Shown: positions 28,203 to 37,703, counted from the first letter of the stretch. The stretch is 53,069 bases of DNA from a virus (IMGVR_UViG_3300033145_002955:1-53069), one strand, 5' to 3'. Made by a program: numbers and translations. The notes: generated from the letters alone by a model not told the origin.

Positions 28203-29149
28203 GTTTGTATCAGGATGTAAGGCCACAGACGTTTGATGAAGTTTTTGGCAACAAGGCGATTGTACAGGCTTTGAAGAAGATGGTGAAAATGAGTCCCGAA
28301 AAACGTCCACATGCCTATTTATTTCATGGAAAAAGCGGGACGGGAAAGACCACGCTTGCAAGAATATTTGCCCGGGAAATTGGTTGTAGTGGTGTTGATT
28401 TGCATGAATTGAATGGTTCGGACCATCGTGGAATCGATGATGCCCGGCGTGTGATAGAACAAAGTGCTTCATGTCCTATTGCGTCTGATTCTCGAGTTTT
28501 CATTTGGGATGAATGTCATAAGATGACAGCGGATGCCCAAAATGCTATTTTGAAAATTATAGAGGATTCTCCTCCACATGCCTATTTCATTTTCTGCTCG
28601 ACCGAGCCCGAGAAGATTTTGAAGACGATTCGGAACAGATGTATTTGTCTTCAAACCGAATCGTTGTCCGATTCAGACATGACGGCTTTGCTTGATAAGG
28701 TGTTAGATGACATAGAACGTGATGTGGAGGATGAAGTATTTGAGAGTATAATTATAACAGCGGAGGGAAGTCCCCGTCAAGCGCTCACATTGTTGGAACT
28801 TGTGTTGTCGATAGATGCTTCCGACACGGAAAGCAAATTGTCGGTGATTGAGCGGGCACGAGCTGAATATCAAGTGATTGATTTGTGTAGAATACTGATA
28901 AAGGGAGGGCAGACATGGAAGAAGGTGGTTGAATGTTATAAGGGAATTGATGCTGAACCGGAGCAAATAAGGAGGGCGATACTTGGTTATTGCAAGGCGA
29001 TTTTGCTGGGAAACAGCAACATGAGGACCATGAATCGAGCGGCACTATTGATTTCGTATCTTGAAGGAAACACCTTCGATTTGGGCGAACCAAAACTTGT
29101 CAAAGACCTGTTTGAATTTGTAACCACAGTTGATGGAGGTAGAAAATGA
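28199..29149 (+). CDS. Clamp loader AAA+ ATPase (DnaX/RFC-like)
   Basis: LYQDVRP, GKSGTGKTT, DECH, TIRNRC, GSPRQAL. Confidence 0.9.
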   Translation: MSLYQDVRPQTFDEVFGNKAIVQALKKMVKMSPEKRPHAYLFHGKSGTGKTTLARIFAREIGCSGVDLHELNGSDHRGIDDARRVIEQSASCPIASDSRVFIWDECHKMTADAQNAILKIIEDSPPHAYFIFCSTEPEKILKTIRNRCICLQTESLSDSDMTALLDKVLDDIERDVEDEVFESIIITAEGSPRQALTLLELVLSIDASDTESKLSVIERARAEYQVIDLCRILIKGGQTWKKVVECYKGIDAEPEQIRRAILGYCKAILLGNSNMRTMNRAALLISYLEGNTFDLGEPKLVKDLFEFVTTVDGGRK

Positions 29150-30090
29150 AGAGAACGAGAACATCGAGAGCTAAAGTTTCCAAAGTTTCACGTGGTAAGG
29201 GCTGGTCGGATGATGAGAGAAAGAAGGCGTTGAAAGAGGCTTATTCAAACACTGAATCGGGGGCATTCGGCGATTGGTATCTTCTCAGTGATGATGAGCT
29301 TTCAGAAATGGGTTTGGGGCGCTATGTTCCAAGTGGTGGGGATTGTTTCGTTGCTATCCTTCCCCGTACCGAAGACCCGGTGTTTTTCAAAGAAATTTTC
29401 GTCCATTACGATATGGGCGTTGATAAATCCGCTTATCTTTGTCCAAATAAAATGTTCCACAAGAATTGTCCGATATGCAATTATGCAAAAGAATTGGAAA
29501 ATGCGGGTGAGGACAGGGAAGTAGTCAGACAATATTGGCCGGTGAGGAGATTCCTGTTTTGGGTTGTTGATGTTGAGAGTGAAGAGACGATTGATAAGGG
29601 CGTGTGCATTTATGATGCCCCAAAGGCAATTCTTGATGGAATCAAAGGGGTGACGACAGATAAGCGTACCGGGGAAATCATTGACATTTCGGACCCTGTT
29701 GAGCATTTGAATTTGGTTTTTACACGGCAGGGGAAAGGAATCGCCACAAGATACGTGGAGTTTGGTACGGAGGAACGTAAATTTGATTTTCCGGAAAGTT
29801 TTTATGACCTCCCTCCGATGGATGACATATTAGTTGAACCTGATGTTGAGAAAATGAATGCTTGTCTTGGAGTGGGGGCTGTTTCGGTTGATAGGTCTGA
29901 TGGTGAAATGGTTTATGATGATGATGAGGAAGAGGAGGAGATTTTCAAGCCAAAGTCAACCGGGAGACGTGTTGAAAAAAGGAGTGTTGAAGACGAAAGT
30001 GATGATGAAATTGAAGAAGAAGATGATGAGCAGGAGGTGAAAACAAAAATTCGTAGAAGGCTCGGTTCATTGCGTAGGAGGAAGTCATGA
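29146..30090 (+). CDS. Single-stranded DNA-binding protein (gp32-like)
   Basis: VHY...LCP...CPIC zinc site, GKGIATRY, acidic tail. Confidence 0.75.
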   Translation: MKRTRTSRAKVSKVSRGKGWSDDERKKALKEAYSNTESGAFGDWYLLSDDELSEMGLGRYVPSGGDCFVAILPRTEDPVFFKEIFVHYDMGVDKSAYLCPNKMFHKNCPICNYAKELENAGEDREVVRQYWPVRRFLFWVVDVESEETIDKGVCIYDAPKAILDGIKGVTTDKRTGEIIDISDPVEHLNLVFTRQGKGIATRYVEFGTEERKFDFPESFYDLPPMDDILVEPDVEKMNACLGVGAVSVDRSDGEMVYDDDEEEEEIFKPKSTGRRVEKRSVEDESDDEIEEEDDEQEVKTKIRRRLGSLRRRKS

Positions 30091-30608
30091 TTGTTGATGC
30101 TGTCAGAAAGATGGAGGATGAGTTTGAGGAGTTACGGGAATTGGCGGAAAAGTTGATTTCACGTCTCCAATCCGAGTTGCAAATCGATATTTACAAGTTG
30201 GATGAAGTTTGTGCAAATCATGCCCAGTTGTATTTTGAGGTGGCAAAGCTTCATTCACTGACCGATTCGTTTTTCAAAAGGACCCAGCTTCTTGTCAGCG
30301 AAATCAAGGCGGAAGTAGCCCAAAAAATACGGGCGAATCCTGAAGAGTGGGGAATCGTGAAGATAACGGAGAATCAAATTCAAGAAAATGTTGACCGGTG
30401 CGATGAGACTATTCGTGCCCGTAATTTAAGGGCAAAGGCAGAACAATTGTCCGTCCAAACGTTCTCACTGGTGGAAGCTTATAATCATCGCCGTTCCATG
30501 ATAAACAATGAAGTCCAATTGTTGGTCAATCAGTTGGTGCAGGCGAGAGAAAAAGCTGACGATGAAGAGTACAAGCGCAAATTGGTTAGGAGGCGGGTGA
30601 AGAAGTGA
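30087..30608 (+). CDS. Putative recombination mediator (UvsY-like helical protein)
   Basis: All-helical with KITE motif; between SSB and RecA. Confidence 0.5.
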   Translation: MIVDAVRKMEDEFEELRELAEKLISRLQSELQIDIYKLDEVCANHAQLYFEVAKLHSLTDSFFKRTQLLVSEIKAEVAQKIRANPEEWGIVKITENQIQENVDRCDETIRARNLRAKAEQLSVQTFSLVEAYNHRRSMINNEVQLLVNQLVQAREKADDEEYKRKLVRRRVKK

Positions 30609-31633
30609 AAAAATTGAGACGGAGAAGTTCAGAGGCATTGACTGTGCTTGATTTGCCGTCGGTGACACAATATTTGAGCACCGGTTGCACCATACTCGAT
30701 TTGGCGATAGCGGGAACCCTCCCAGGAGGGTTCCCCGTCGGCCGAATCTCTCATATTTATGGTCCTGAAAGCGCTTCAAAATCGGTTTTGGCTATGGAGC
30801 CTTTGGGGTCTGCTCAACGTCAAGGGGGAATCGCTTGGTATATTGATGCGGAGGGGACGTTTGATGAACAGAGGGCTTTGTTGTATGGCATTGACGTTGA
30901 AAAGTTGGAATATATTTCAAGCATGAATTTGTCAGACGATTTGACGATTGAATATTTGTTTGATGACCTTCTTCCCGGTATGGAGGAGAGGGCCGAGAAA
31001 GCGGGGGGTCCCTGTGCTGTGTCAATTGATAGTTTGAGTGCTATCCCTTCTCAAACCGAATCAGATGAAGGCATCGGGGAGGCTACGTATGGGACTTCCC
31101 GAGCAAAAATGTTGTCGAAAGGGTTTCGGAAGCATATTTGGACTTTGAGTAAGACCGGATTGACGATGCTATTTGTTGACCAGGTTAGGCAGAATGTTGG
31201 TGTTTCATTTGGAAAGAAATATGTTTTCTCGGGTGGTGAAGCCTTAAAATTTTATGCTTCGGTACGTGTGTTGTTGTCAGTGGTGACGAAAATCAAGAAC
31301 AAAGATGGGAAGACGATTGGAGTTGAAATCGGTTTTTCCGTTGACAAGAACAAAATTGCTCCTCCGTTTCGTGAAGGACATTTCCTCCTGCTGTTTGACT
31401 ATGGGATTGACGATATAGCAACAAATATCAAATGGCTACGTGAGAATGACCCGGAGATGCCGAGCAAAGGCTGGTATGAATTTAATGGCAAGCGTTTTCG
31501 TTCTATGCCCGATTTTGTTGCTTATATCGAGGACAATGATTTGGAAGAGGAGTTGATTAAGAGGGTTCATCATGTTTGGAATGACATTTATTCGTCCGGG
31601 ACTGAGAGAAAACCCCGGAAACGTTTGCTGTGA
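30605..31633 (+). CDS. recA: RecA/UvsX recombinase
   Basis: STGC..LD.A, GRISHIYGPES, IDAE, IDSL, GGEALKFYASVR, KNKIAPPF. Confidence 0.93.
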   Translation: MKKLRRRSSEALTVLDLPSVTQYLSTGCTILDLAIAGTLPGGFPVGRISHIYGPESASKSVLAMEPLGSAQRQGGIAWYIDAEGTFDEQRALLYGIDVEKLEYISSMNLSDDLTIEYLFDDLLPGMEERAEKAGGPCAVSIDSLSAIPSQTESDEGIGEATYGTSRAKMLSKGFRKHIWTLSKTGLTMLFVDQVRQNVGVSFGKKYVFSGGEALKFYASVRVLLSVVTKIKNKDGKTIGVEIGFSVDKNKIAPPFREGHFLLLFDYGIDDIATNIKWLRENDPEMPSKGWYEFNGKRFRSMPDFVAYIEDNDLEEELIKRVHHVWNDIYSSGTERKPRKRLL

Positions 31634-31645
31634 GAGGAGAAGACA

Positions 31646-32389
31646 ATGCTTTTAGCAGGATTGGATTTGGGCAAAAATCATTTGGGGATGGTGGTAAAAA
31701 GTTTTGAAAGGGACCAGGTATATTATGCGGTCGGTGCTGCAAGGGACAAGATAAATATTCCTGCTCATTTGCGCTGTTTTTATTTTTATTTGCCGATGAT
31801 GAGTTACTCAACATTCAAGAAGGAGTTTTGGAATTGTAATTTATCCTATTCCGTAGCATCGGCACTTTCGATTGTCGATTTTATCAAGGAAAAGATATCC
31901 CTTTTGCGCCAGCGTTTTTCGTTGCATTTGCATAAGACAAATCTTCCTATTGTTTTCAGCGTAGAGGGGCTTGCTTTTGCAGGAACGAAAATAGCCGATA
32001 CCGCATTCGTTTTTGGCATCGTGTGCTCTGAATTGATGAAAATGGACAATGTTTTTTTGAGAATTCACGACCCGCAATCTTTGAAATTGTGGGCGTGTGG
32101 GAAGGGAAATGCAGATAAGGATGCTGTTTTGCAGGCGGTGCGGGACAAATATGATGCCAACATTCCCGATGAGTTGCCGAAGACGGCGGCATACGATTTG
32201 GCAGACGCTTATGTTTTGCTTAAGATGCTTGAATGTGAAATGAATGTCCGGAAAAATCCGTCGTTGTTGGATGAGCTTCCAACATATCAAAAGCGTATTT
32301 TTCTTCGGACCACATATTCGATGCCCGAGAATTTGTTGGCAAGGCCATTTGCTTGCTCTGTGTTGAATGGGCAACCCGATTTTGTATGA
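31646..32389 (+). CDS. RuvC-like Holliday junction resolvase
   Basis: GLDLG, VEG, LK..ACGKGNADK, DLADA. Confidence 0.8.
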   Translation: MLLAGLDLGKNHLGMVVKSFERDQVYYAVGAARDKINIPAHLRCFYFYLPMMSYSTFKKEFWNCNLSYSVASALSIVDFIKEKISLLRQRFSLHLHKTNLPIVFSVEGLAFAGTKIADTAFVFGIVCSELMKMDNVFLRIHDPQSLKLWACGKGNADKDAVLQAVRDKYDANIPDELPKTAAYDLADAYVLLKMLECEMNVRKNPSLLDELPTYQKRIFLRTTYSMPENLLARPFACSVLNGQPDFV

Positions 32390-32392
32390 GCT

Positions 32393-32481
32393 TGATAAAC
32401 GGATTTTAAGGCGCTGAAATGTTTTATGAATGATTTGACATTACTCACATCATGAAAATCGAAAATAACCGGGGAAATCGG
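32393..32481 (+). repeat. Bipartite non-coding element, copy 2
   Basis: Inverted copy of 11686-11779. Confidence 0.93.
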
Positions 32482-32498
32482 ACGATTTTGGGAGATTT

Positions 32499-33467
32499 AT
32501 GATGATAAGAAGGGTTGAGTTGAAGAATTTTCAATCCCACAAGGATACTGCCCTTGATTTTTCACCTGGCGTGAATGTGATTTTAGGACCGTCAGATTCC
32601 GGCAAATCATCGATATTGAGGGCGGTATATTGGTGCCTAATGGGAAAACCCAGTGGTACTGGATTCATACGAAAAGGTGAGAAAAAGACGTCTGTGTCCG
32701 TTTTTATGGATGCTGGTTACGTGAAGCGGGAGAGGGGGATGTCGGGTTCCCCGGAATGTGAAATTGAAGTAGCAGGTTCTGAAAAGCGGGTATATAAAGC
32801 AATGGGAACGAATGTTCCCGAAGAAATAAGGTCTGTTTTTGGAATCGATGCTGGTATCAATTTTCAATTTCAATTGGACCAGCATTTTTTGATTTTGCAA
32901 TCACCGGGGGAGGTTGCCCGTCAGATAAATGCAATCACCAAATTGGATATGCTTGATTCCGTTTTGTCGGGTTTGAAGAGGGATTTGTTGTTGGGCAAAC
33001 GAGAGCTTGTTGATGTGGTTGGTGAATTGAACAGTTTGCGGACAATCGTTTCGAGAAATTCCGAGTTGTTGGAGGAAATTGATAGAGAACTTTCAAGTTT
33101 GGATAAGTTGTGTCAACGGGAAAGTCATATCGGTTATGTGAGAAAATCGGTTCGTGATTTGTTGCAGGGCTTTGAAGCGTATGTTTATCAAGTGGAAATG
33201 CTTGAGCAGGTACAGGAGGCCTCTGATATTTTACGGCAAATTGATGAGGGCATCAAATCGTTGACCGAGCTTGAAGAAGGGATTTCTGATGTGTCGGATT
33301 TGATTTCATCGATAGAGGAGGTTTTGGAGTCACTTGATGATGTGCATTCTGAAATGAAATCGGTTTCAAGTGAAATCGTCTCGTTGAAGAGGAAATTACG
33401 GAATTGTCCTGTTTGCGGCAGTAAATTGACCAATGAGCAGAGGGAGAGGATATTGTCGGTTTTATAG
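32499..33467 (+). CDS. SbcC/Rad50 N-terminal half
   Basis: NFQSH, GPSDSGKS, Q-loop, coiled coil ending at a CPVC zinc hook. Confidence 0.88.
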   Translation: MMIRRVELKNFQSHKDTALDFSPGVNVILGPSDSGKSSILRAVYWCLMGKPSGTGFIRKGEKKTSVSVFMDAGYVKRERGMSGSPECEIEVAGSEKRVYKAMGTNVPEEIRSVFGIDAGINFQFQLDQHFLILQSPGEVARQINAITKLDMLDSVLSGLKRDLLLGKRELVDVVGELNSLRTIVSRNSELLEEIDRELSSLDKLCQRESHIGYVRKSVRDLLQGFEAYVYQVEMLEQVQEASDILRQIDEGIKSLTELEEGISDVSDLISSIEEVLESLDDVHSEMKSVSSEIVSLKRKLRNCPVCGSKLTNEQRERILSVL

Positions 33468-33483
33468 AGAAGGGGGTGTCAAG

Positions 33484-33669
33484 ATGAATGAAATCGATTG
33501 GAAAAGGCGGTATCACGTTTTTAGAAAAATGTTCAAGATGCTTGTAAACGTTTCATGGTTTTTGTTGTTGTTTGCTTTCCTATTGATTGAGAATGTTCCG
33601 TTGCGGATAGTAGCGGTTTCTGCATGGCTGTTTTTGACCGCTGTCATTGCGTCAATGGGGGTTGAATAA
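33484..33669 (+). CDS. Small two-TM membrane protein
   Basis: Two hydrophobic helices; GGGGG SD-like run before ATG 33484. Confidence 0.55.
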   Translation: MNEIDWKRRYHVFRKMFKMLVNVSWFLLLFAFLLIENVPLRIVAVSAWLFLTAVIASMGVE

Positions 33670-34604
33670 TGAATTTGCTATTGATTAGCGATACTCATAT
33701 CAGGGGGGACATCCCAGTAGGCCGGACCGTTGATTTTTTGGACCAGCAATTTGAAAAGTGGGTTTTCATATTGGAATATTTTTCAAAAATGCCCGCACCG
33801 AAGTATATTGTTCAAGCAGGGGATTTATGGCATCGACCGAATCCCTCTTTTACGTTGATGAACAAATATTTGGCACTTTTTCGTGATTATGGCGTTAAGA
33901 TTTTGGGCGTTCTTGGACAGCACGACCTATTGATGAGAGACAGTGATGTCCGGAGGACCGTGATTGGTACGATGGAAATGCTTGATTTGTATCATCGACT
34001 TTCCCCGGATACACCATTCTTGCTTAAGAATTTTCAGACCAATAAAGATTATGATGTGGCATTGTGGGGAGTGTCTTATGGTGAGGCTGAAATTCCTGTT
34101 CCTGTTGATGGTATCATGAACATTCTGGTGATTCATGACATGATAGGGAACAGACCTCTTTATCCCGGGCACAAGTTGACGCTTGCCCATAGGTTTTTGT
34201 GTAAACACGAGGGATTTGATTTGATTTTGTGTGGCGACTATCACTATCCGTTTCTTGTGGAGAACAAGGGCAGGAGTATAATAAATACGGGGTGCTTATT
34301 GCGAATGACTCGTGATGAAAGGGATATGAAACGTTCTCCTTGTTTTTATGTTTTTGATACTGAAAGCAGGAATTTGATGGAAGTTGAAATTCCGTCCGTT
34401 CCGTATGATGTAGCTTTTGATTTGACCGAGAAAGCAAAATCGTATCCTGACCTACGTGATATAGAGGCTTTTGTTGAGCGTATCAAATTGAAGGATTCAT
34501 TTGGAATTGATTATCTCGATGTACTCGATTCATATTGTTCAGAAAAGGATGTTCCGGATGAAGTACGTGAATTGATATTTTCGAGATTACAGGAGGGGGA
34601 GTAA
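33669..34604 (+). CDS. SbcD/Mre11-like metallophosphoesterase nuclease
   Basis: DTH, GD, GQHD, H, GDYH motifs. Confidence 0.88.
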   Translation: MNLLLISDTHIRGDIPVGRTVDFLDQQFEKWVFILEYFSKMPAPKYIVQAGDLWHRPNPSFTLMNKYLALFRDYGVKILGVLGQHDLLMRDSDVRRTVIGTMEMLDLYHRLSPDTPFLLKNFQTNKDYDVALWGVSYGEAEIPVPVDGIMNILVIHDMIGNRPLYPGHKLTLAHRFLCKHEGFDLILCGDYHYPFLVENKGRSIINTGCLLRMTRDERDMKRSPCFYVFDTESRNLMEVEIPSVPYDVAFDLTEKAKSYPDLRDIEAFVERIKLKDSFGIDYLDVLDSYCSEKDVPDEVRELIFSRLQEGE

Positions 34605-34870
34605 TGCAAAGGCGCAAATATGAGGATATTCTTGCTTTGTATGAAAAATATAGCAAACGATTGAAGACTTTGCAGGTACAGCAGGAGAGGTTATTCGGAA
34701 AATTGGAGCAGTTGCAGGAGGGTTTGAAAAGTTTTGGTTTCGATGATGTGGAACAAGCTCGTGAGTGGATTGATTCGAGCACTGAAGAATTGGAAGAGTT
34801 GCGGCAAGATATCTCTGAAAAATTGAGTAAAATCAGGGCTTTGTTGGAGGATGCCGATGTTGTCGATTGA
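34604..34870 (+). CDS. Short coiled-coil protein (possible SbcC fragment)
   Basis: Heptad pattern; between the nuclease and the SbcC C-half. Confidence 0.6.
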   Translation: MQRRKYEDILALYEKYSKRLKTLQVQQERLFGKLEQLQEGLKSFGFDDVEQAREWIDSSTEELEELRQDISEKLSKIRALLEDADVVD

Positions 34871-35480
34871 TGCTGTAAAGAGGAAAGTTGAGCGATTGCG
34901 ATATGCTTTTGATTCTACAAAGCAAAAGCTAAAGGCTTTGGAGGACAGAAAAAGGGAGCTTGAACATGAAATCGACCTGTATCAAAACGCAATTGCTGTC
35001 TTGACCGATGTTTTGATGATTTCACAATCAAACGTTATATCATTCATTGAAGAGGTGGTTGGTTCGGGTTTGCAGGGGGTTTATAGTAGTGAGTACAAAT
35101 TCAAGGTGGAATATGCTTTGGGACGAAACCAGCCTGAAATGAAGTTGCTGCCGATGAAGAATGAGATGATTTACAACCCAAAATTTTCATGTGGAATCGG
35201 TGTGGTTGATGTTTGTTCTTTTTTGCTTCGATATGCTTGCTGGGCATTGATGGAACCGAGACCCGCCGCTGTCATGTTTCATGATGAGCCTTTTCGGCAT
35301 GTTCATGGGGAGAAAGAAAATCAATTGCTTGCCTTGTTGTTACAGCGAATTTCAGAAATGTTGAACATTCAGGTGATTGTCGTTTCCGGAAATAACGTCC
35401 TCGCTGATTATGTGGATAAATGTTTTGTGGTATCAATTGATGATGGTGTGTCAAGAGTCCGTGAAAACAAAGGAGGATGA
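34857..35480 (+). CDS. SbcC/Rad50 C-terminal half
   Basis: Coiled coil, degenerate signature SCGIG, Walker B MFHDEPF; SD GGAGG. Confidence 0.78.
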   Translation: MLSIDAVKRKVERLRYAFDSTKQKLKALEDRKRELEHEIDLYQNAIAVLTDVLMISQSNVISFIEEVVGSGLQGVYSSEYKFKVEYALGRNQPEMKLLPMKNEMIYNPKFSCGIGVVDVCSFLLRYACWALMEPRPAAVMFHDEPFRHVHGEKENQLLALLLQRISEMLNIQVIVVSGNNVLADYVDKCFVVSIDDGVSRVRENKGG

Positions 35481-35668
35481 GAATGAAAGTTACGCTTGGT
35501 CCGATTGAAATTGACAAGGTTTTTATTTCTGGCTTTGATGTAAAACCTCCTCAACTGAAGTTGTACATTCGTTCTCTTACATCCCATTATCAGGGAGAAG
35601 TCGAATTTACGATTGAGGAATCAAGACAATTTGTGAAAGAGATAAGAAGATATTGGAATGGGGAGTGA
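35477..35668 (+). CDS. Hypothetical protein
   Basis: SD AGGAGG, coupled to neighbours. Confidence 0.6.
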   Translation: MRMKVTLGPIEIDKVFISGFDVKPPQLKLYIRSLTSHYQGEVEFTIEESRQFVKEIRRYWNGE

Positions 35669-35843
35669 GATAATGTCGTTTTTTGGGCATTCAATCAAAA
35701 GGTGTAAATATTGGTATTGTAAGCGGTGCAAGAGGACATGGCATGCTGCGATGGTGAAATACAAACGGGAATCAGGGAGATACACGTGCCCGGAATGTGG
35801 TGCCGTCCTGTGGAAAGTGAAAATTGAGGGAAAGAAAAAATGA
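35658..35843 (+). CDS. Zinc-ribbon protein
   Basis: CKRC...CPECG. Confidence 0.6.
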   Translation: MGSEIMSFFGHSIKRCKYWYCKRCKRTWHAAMVKYKRESGRYTCPECGAVLWKVKIEGKKK

Positions 35844-36172
35844 GCACATTCATTGTCGTTTTGCTGATTCTGATTTCATACATGCTTGATGCTGTTGCTG
35901 ATGCTGTGGACCATGCAAAGGGGGCACATTATCTCTATGAGTTTTGGCATCTCGTGAAGGCATTGAGCAACGGTATTCTGGTTGTTTTGGTTTTGTGTTT
36001 GATACACTTGCCGTTTTTGTTTTGGCCGATTGTGGGGATATTGATGTGGGTTTTGTGGGAACTTGTTTATAGCGTTTGCAGAGCATTAGAAGTTTATAGG
36101 CTTGATGATAAGATTGAGATTCCATTCATCCGGAAAATATGGGGAATTTCAAATACAGGGAGGGAAGGATGA
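35840..36172 (+). CDS. Membrane protein
   Basis: Several hydrophobic helices. Confidence 0.6.
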   Translation: MSTFIVVLLILISYMLDAVADAVDHAKGAHYLYEFWHLVKALSNGILVVLVLCLIHLPFLFWPIVGILMWVLWELVYSVCRALEVYRLDDKIEIPFIRKIWGISNTGREG

Positions 36173-36415
36173 ATGTTTAGCATCTTTGTATTTGTGGTAG
36201 GCAGTGTGGGTTTCATTTTTTGTATTTGGGCGATTGTTATGGTTATCGAGTCGGTTGTAGATGAGTTGACTTATAGCAGACGAAGGCGAAAATTTGATGA
36301 TGATTATTCCAAGCTTCTTAATGAATGGGATGTAAATGATGGTCCACCCCCACCGCCTCCTAACATAAAAATGGAACCATGGACTTTCATTAACAAAATC
36401 AAGGGGAAAGTTTGA
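36173..36415 (+). CDS. Single-TM protein with poly-Pro
   Basis: N-terminal TM, RRRRK, PPPPPP. Confidence 0.55.
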   Translation: MFSIFVFVVGSVGFIFCIWAIVMVIESVVDELTYSRRRRKFDDDYSKLLNEWDVNDGPPPPPPNIKMEPWTFINKIKGKV

Positions 36416-36433
36416 TTGTCAAAGGAGGAAAGA

Positions 36434-36697
36434 ATGAACACGTCAAATATTGACTACCAGGAGCTTCGTCGTCTTTTGTTGTGTGATGCTGCTTTCACCA
36501 TTGAAAAGTTGGTGAAATTGTGTGATGAGGGGAAGGAAGTCAGCACCCTTGCCCTGCTTGAGGCAATGAAACAATTGACGATATACATTGCCTTTGTCAC
36601 CGAAGAGGATTATGCCGGGCATCTCTTGTCAAAAATCAAGGAGGCTTCAAATGGGAAAGAAGAAAACAAAGAAGGTGAAGAAGACAATCAAGCATAA
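36434..36697 (+). CDS. Hypothetical protein
   Basis: SD AGGAGG. Confidence 0.6.
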   Translation: MNTSNIDYQELRRLLLCDAAFTIEKLVKLCDEGKEVSTLALLEAMKQLTIYIAFVTEEDYAGHLLSKIKEASNGKEENKEGEEDNQA

Positions 36698-36929
36698 CAT
36701 AAGTGAGCTCGAAAAATTCATGGAGGCTATTCAAAAGCTGGAGCCCCCGAAAATCAAATCGATTTGTAACCTGTTTGACAGTTGCACCGATTGTCCGGTG
36801 ATTTCAAACAGCAATTGGTGTCATTACGATTTCGATTCTGATGATGCTGCCGCTGTGGTCTCATTGGTTGTTCATGAGATAAAGCACGTCATAGCGGATT
36901 TACAGGTGGCTTTGAGCAGGTTGGAATAG
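36651..36929 (+). CDS. Cys-containing hypothetical protein
   Basis: SD GGAGG; C...CTDCP...C. Confidence 0.55.
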   Translation: MGKKKTKKVKKTIKHNISELEKFMEAIQKLEPPKIKSICNLFDSCTDCPVISNSNWCHYDFDSDDAAAVVSLVVHEIKHVIADLQVALSRLE

Positions 36930-37057
36930 TTGGAGGGGGAGAAAATGCCACGTAAAATTCGGAATTTCAGGGATTAGGAATTTTATTCAAGCTAAATATT
37001 GGGCACAGAAACTCATAGAGCGGCTTGAAAAAGTGGCAGGAATAGGAGAGAATAGAA

Positions 37058-37417
37058 ATGAAGAAATGCAAAATTGAATTGACGGATTGGATTTCGATGA
37101 GTAAGGCAGAGGAGTTTCCCGAAAACAAGCGTCCTATAATCATGGGCGGATTTTTCAAGCATGGAATGCGCTGGGATGATTATACAAGCAAGCTCTCTGA
37201 TAAGATTGAATATCTTGAAGCAATCAGGAAAGAAGTGTTACGCAAAAATATCCGTATTACCAGCAGGGAGCACCAAAGTCGTGTTGACCCGGGTGTTCCA
37301 TTTTTCAGTGATGGCACGGCTTTGCTGTTCACAATGCGGGCATGGGGGGACTTGATGGCCGCAATATGGTCAACCGAAGAAAATGAAGATTATTGGTACA
37401 TGGATTTTTATATGTGA
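37058..37417 (+). CDS. Hypothetical protein
   Basis: SD AGGAG; 119 aa. Confidence 0.65.
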   Translation: MKKCKIELTDWISMSKAEEFPENKRPIIMGGFFKHGMRWDDYTSKLSDKIEYLEAIRKEVLRKNIRITSREHQSRVDPGVPFFSDGTALLFTMRAWGDLMAAIWSTEENEDYWYMDFYM

Positions 37418-37444
37418 GGATACCAATTAAGTGGGAGAAAAACA

Positions 37445-37690
37445 ATGTTGATAGCAAATAAATATGAATTTCCTGATAAGTGTCCCGATGATTGTCCGCA
37501 TAGAGGAGAGGCTTTTATGCAAGGTGGTTTTTGTCATCGGTGCCCGATTTTCAATTGTGCTCCAACAGTTGATGAAGATGGCGAGGAGTTTAGATTGTTA
37601 TGTCCTGAAGATTATCGGGAGGACTGGGCGAAAGTGTGGTATGAATGGTTCAAAAGCGGGTACAAGACGAGATTGGAATTGTATTTGTGA
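37445..37690 (+). CDS. Cys-rich small protein
   Basis: CPDDCP...CHRCPIFNC...C. Confidence 0.6.
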   Translation: MLIANKYEFPDKCPDDCPHRGEAFMQGGFCHRCPIFNCAPTVDEDGEEFRLLCPEDYREDWAKVWYEWFKSGYKTRLELYL

Positions 37691-37703
37691 AAGGAGGCAG
37701 AAA

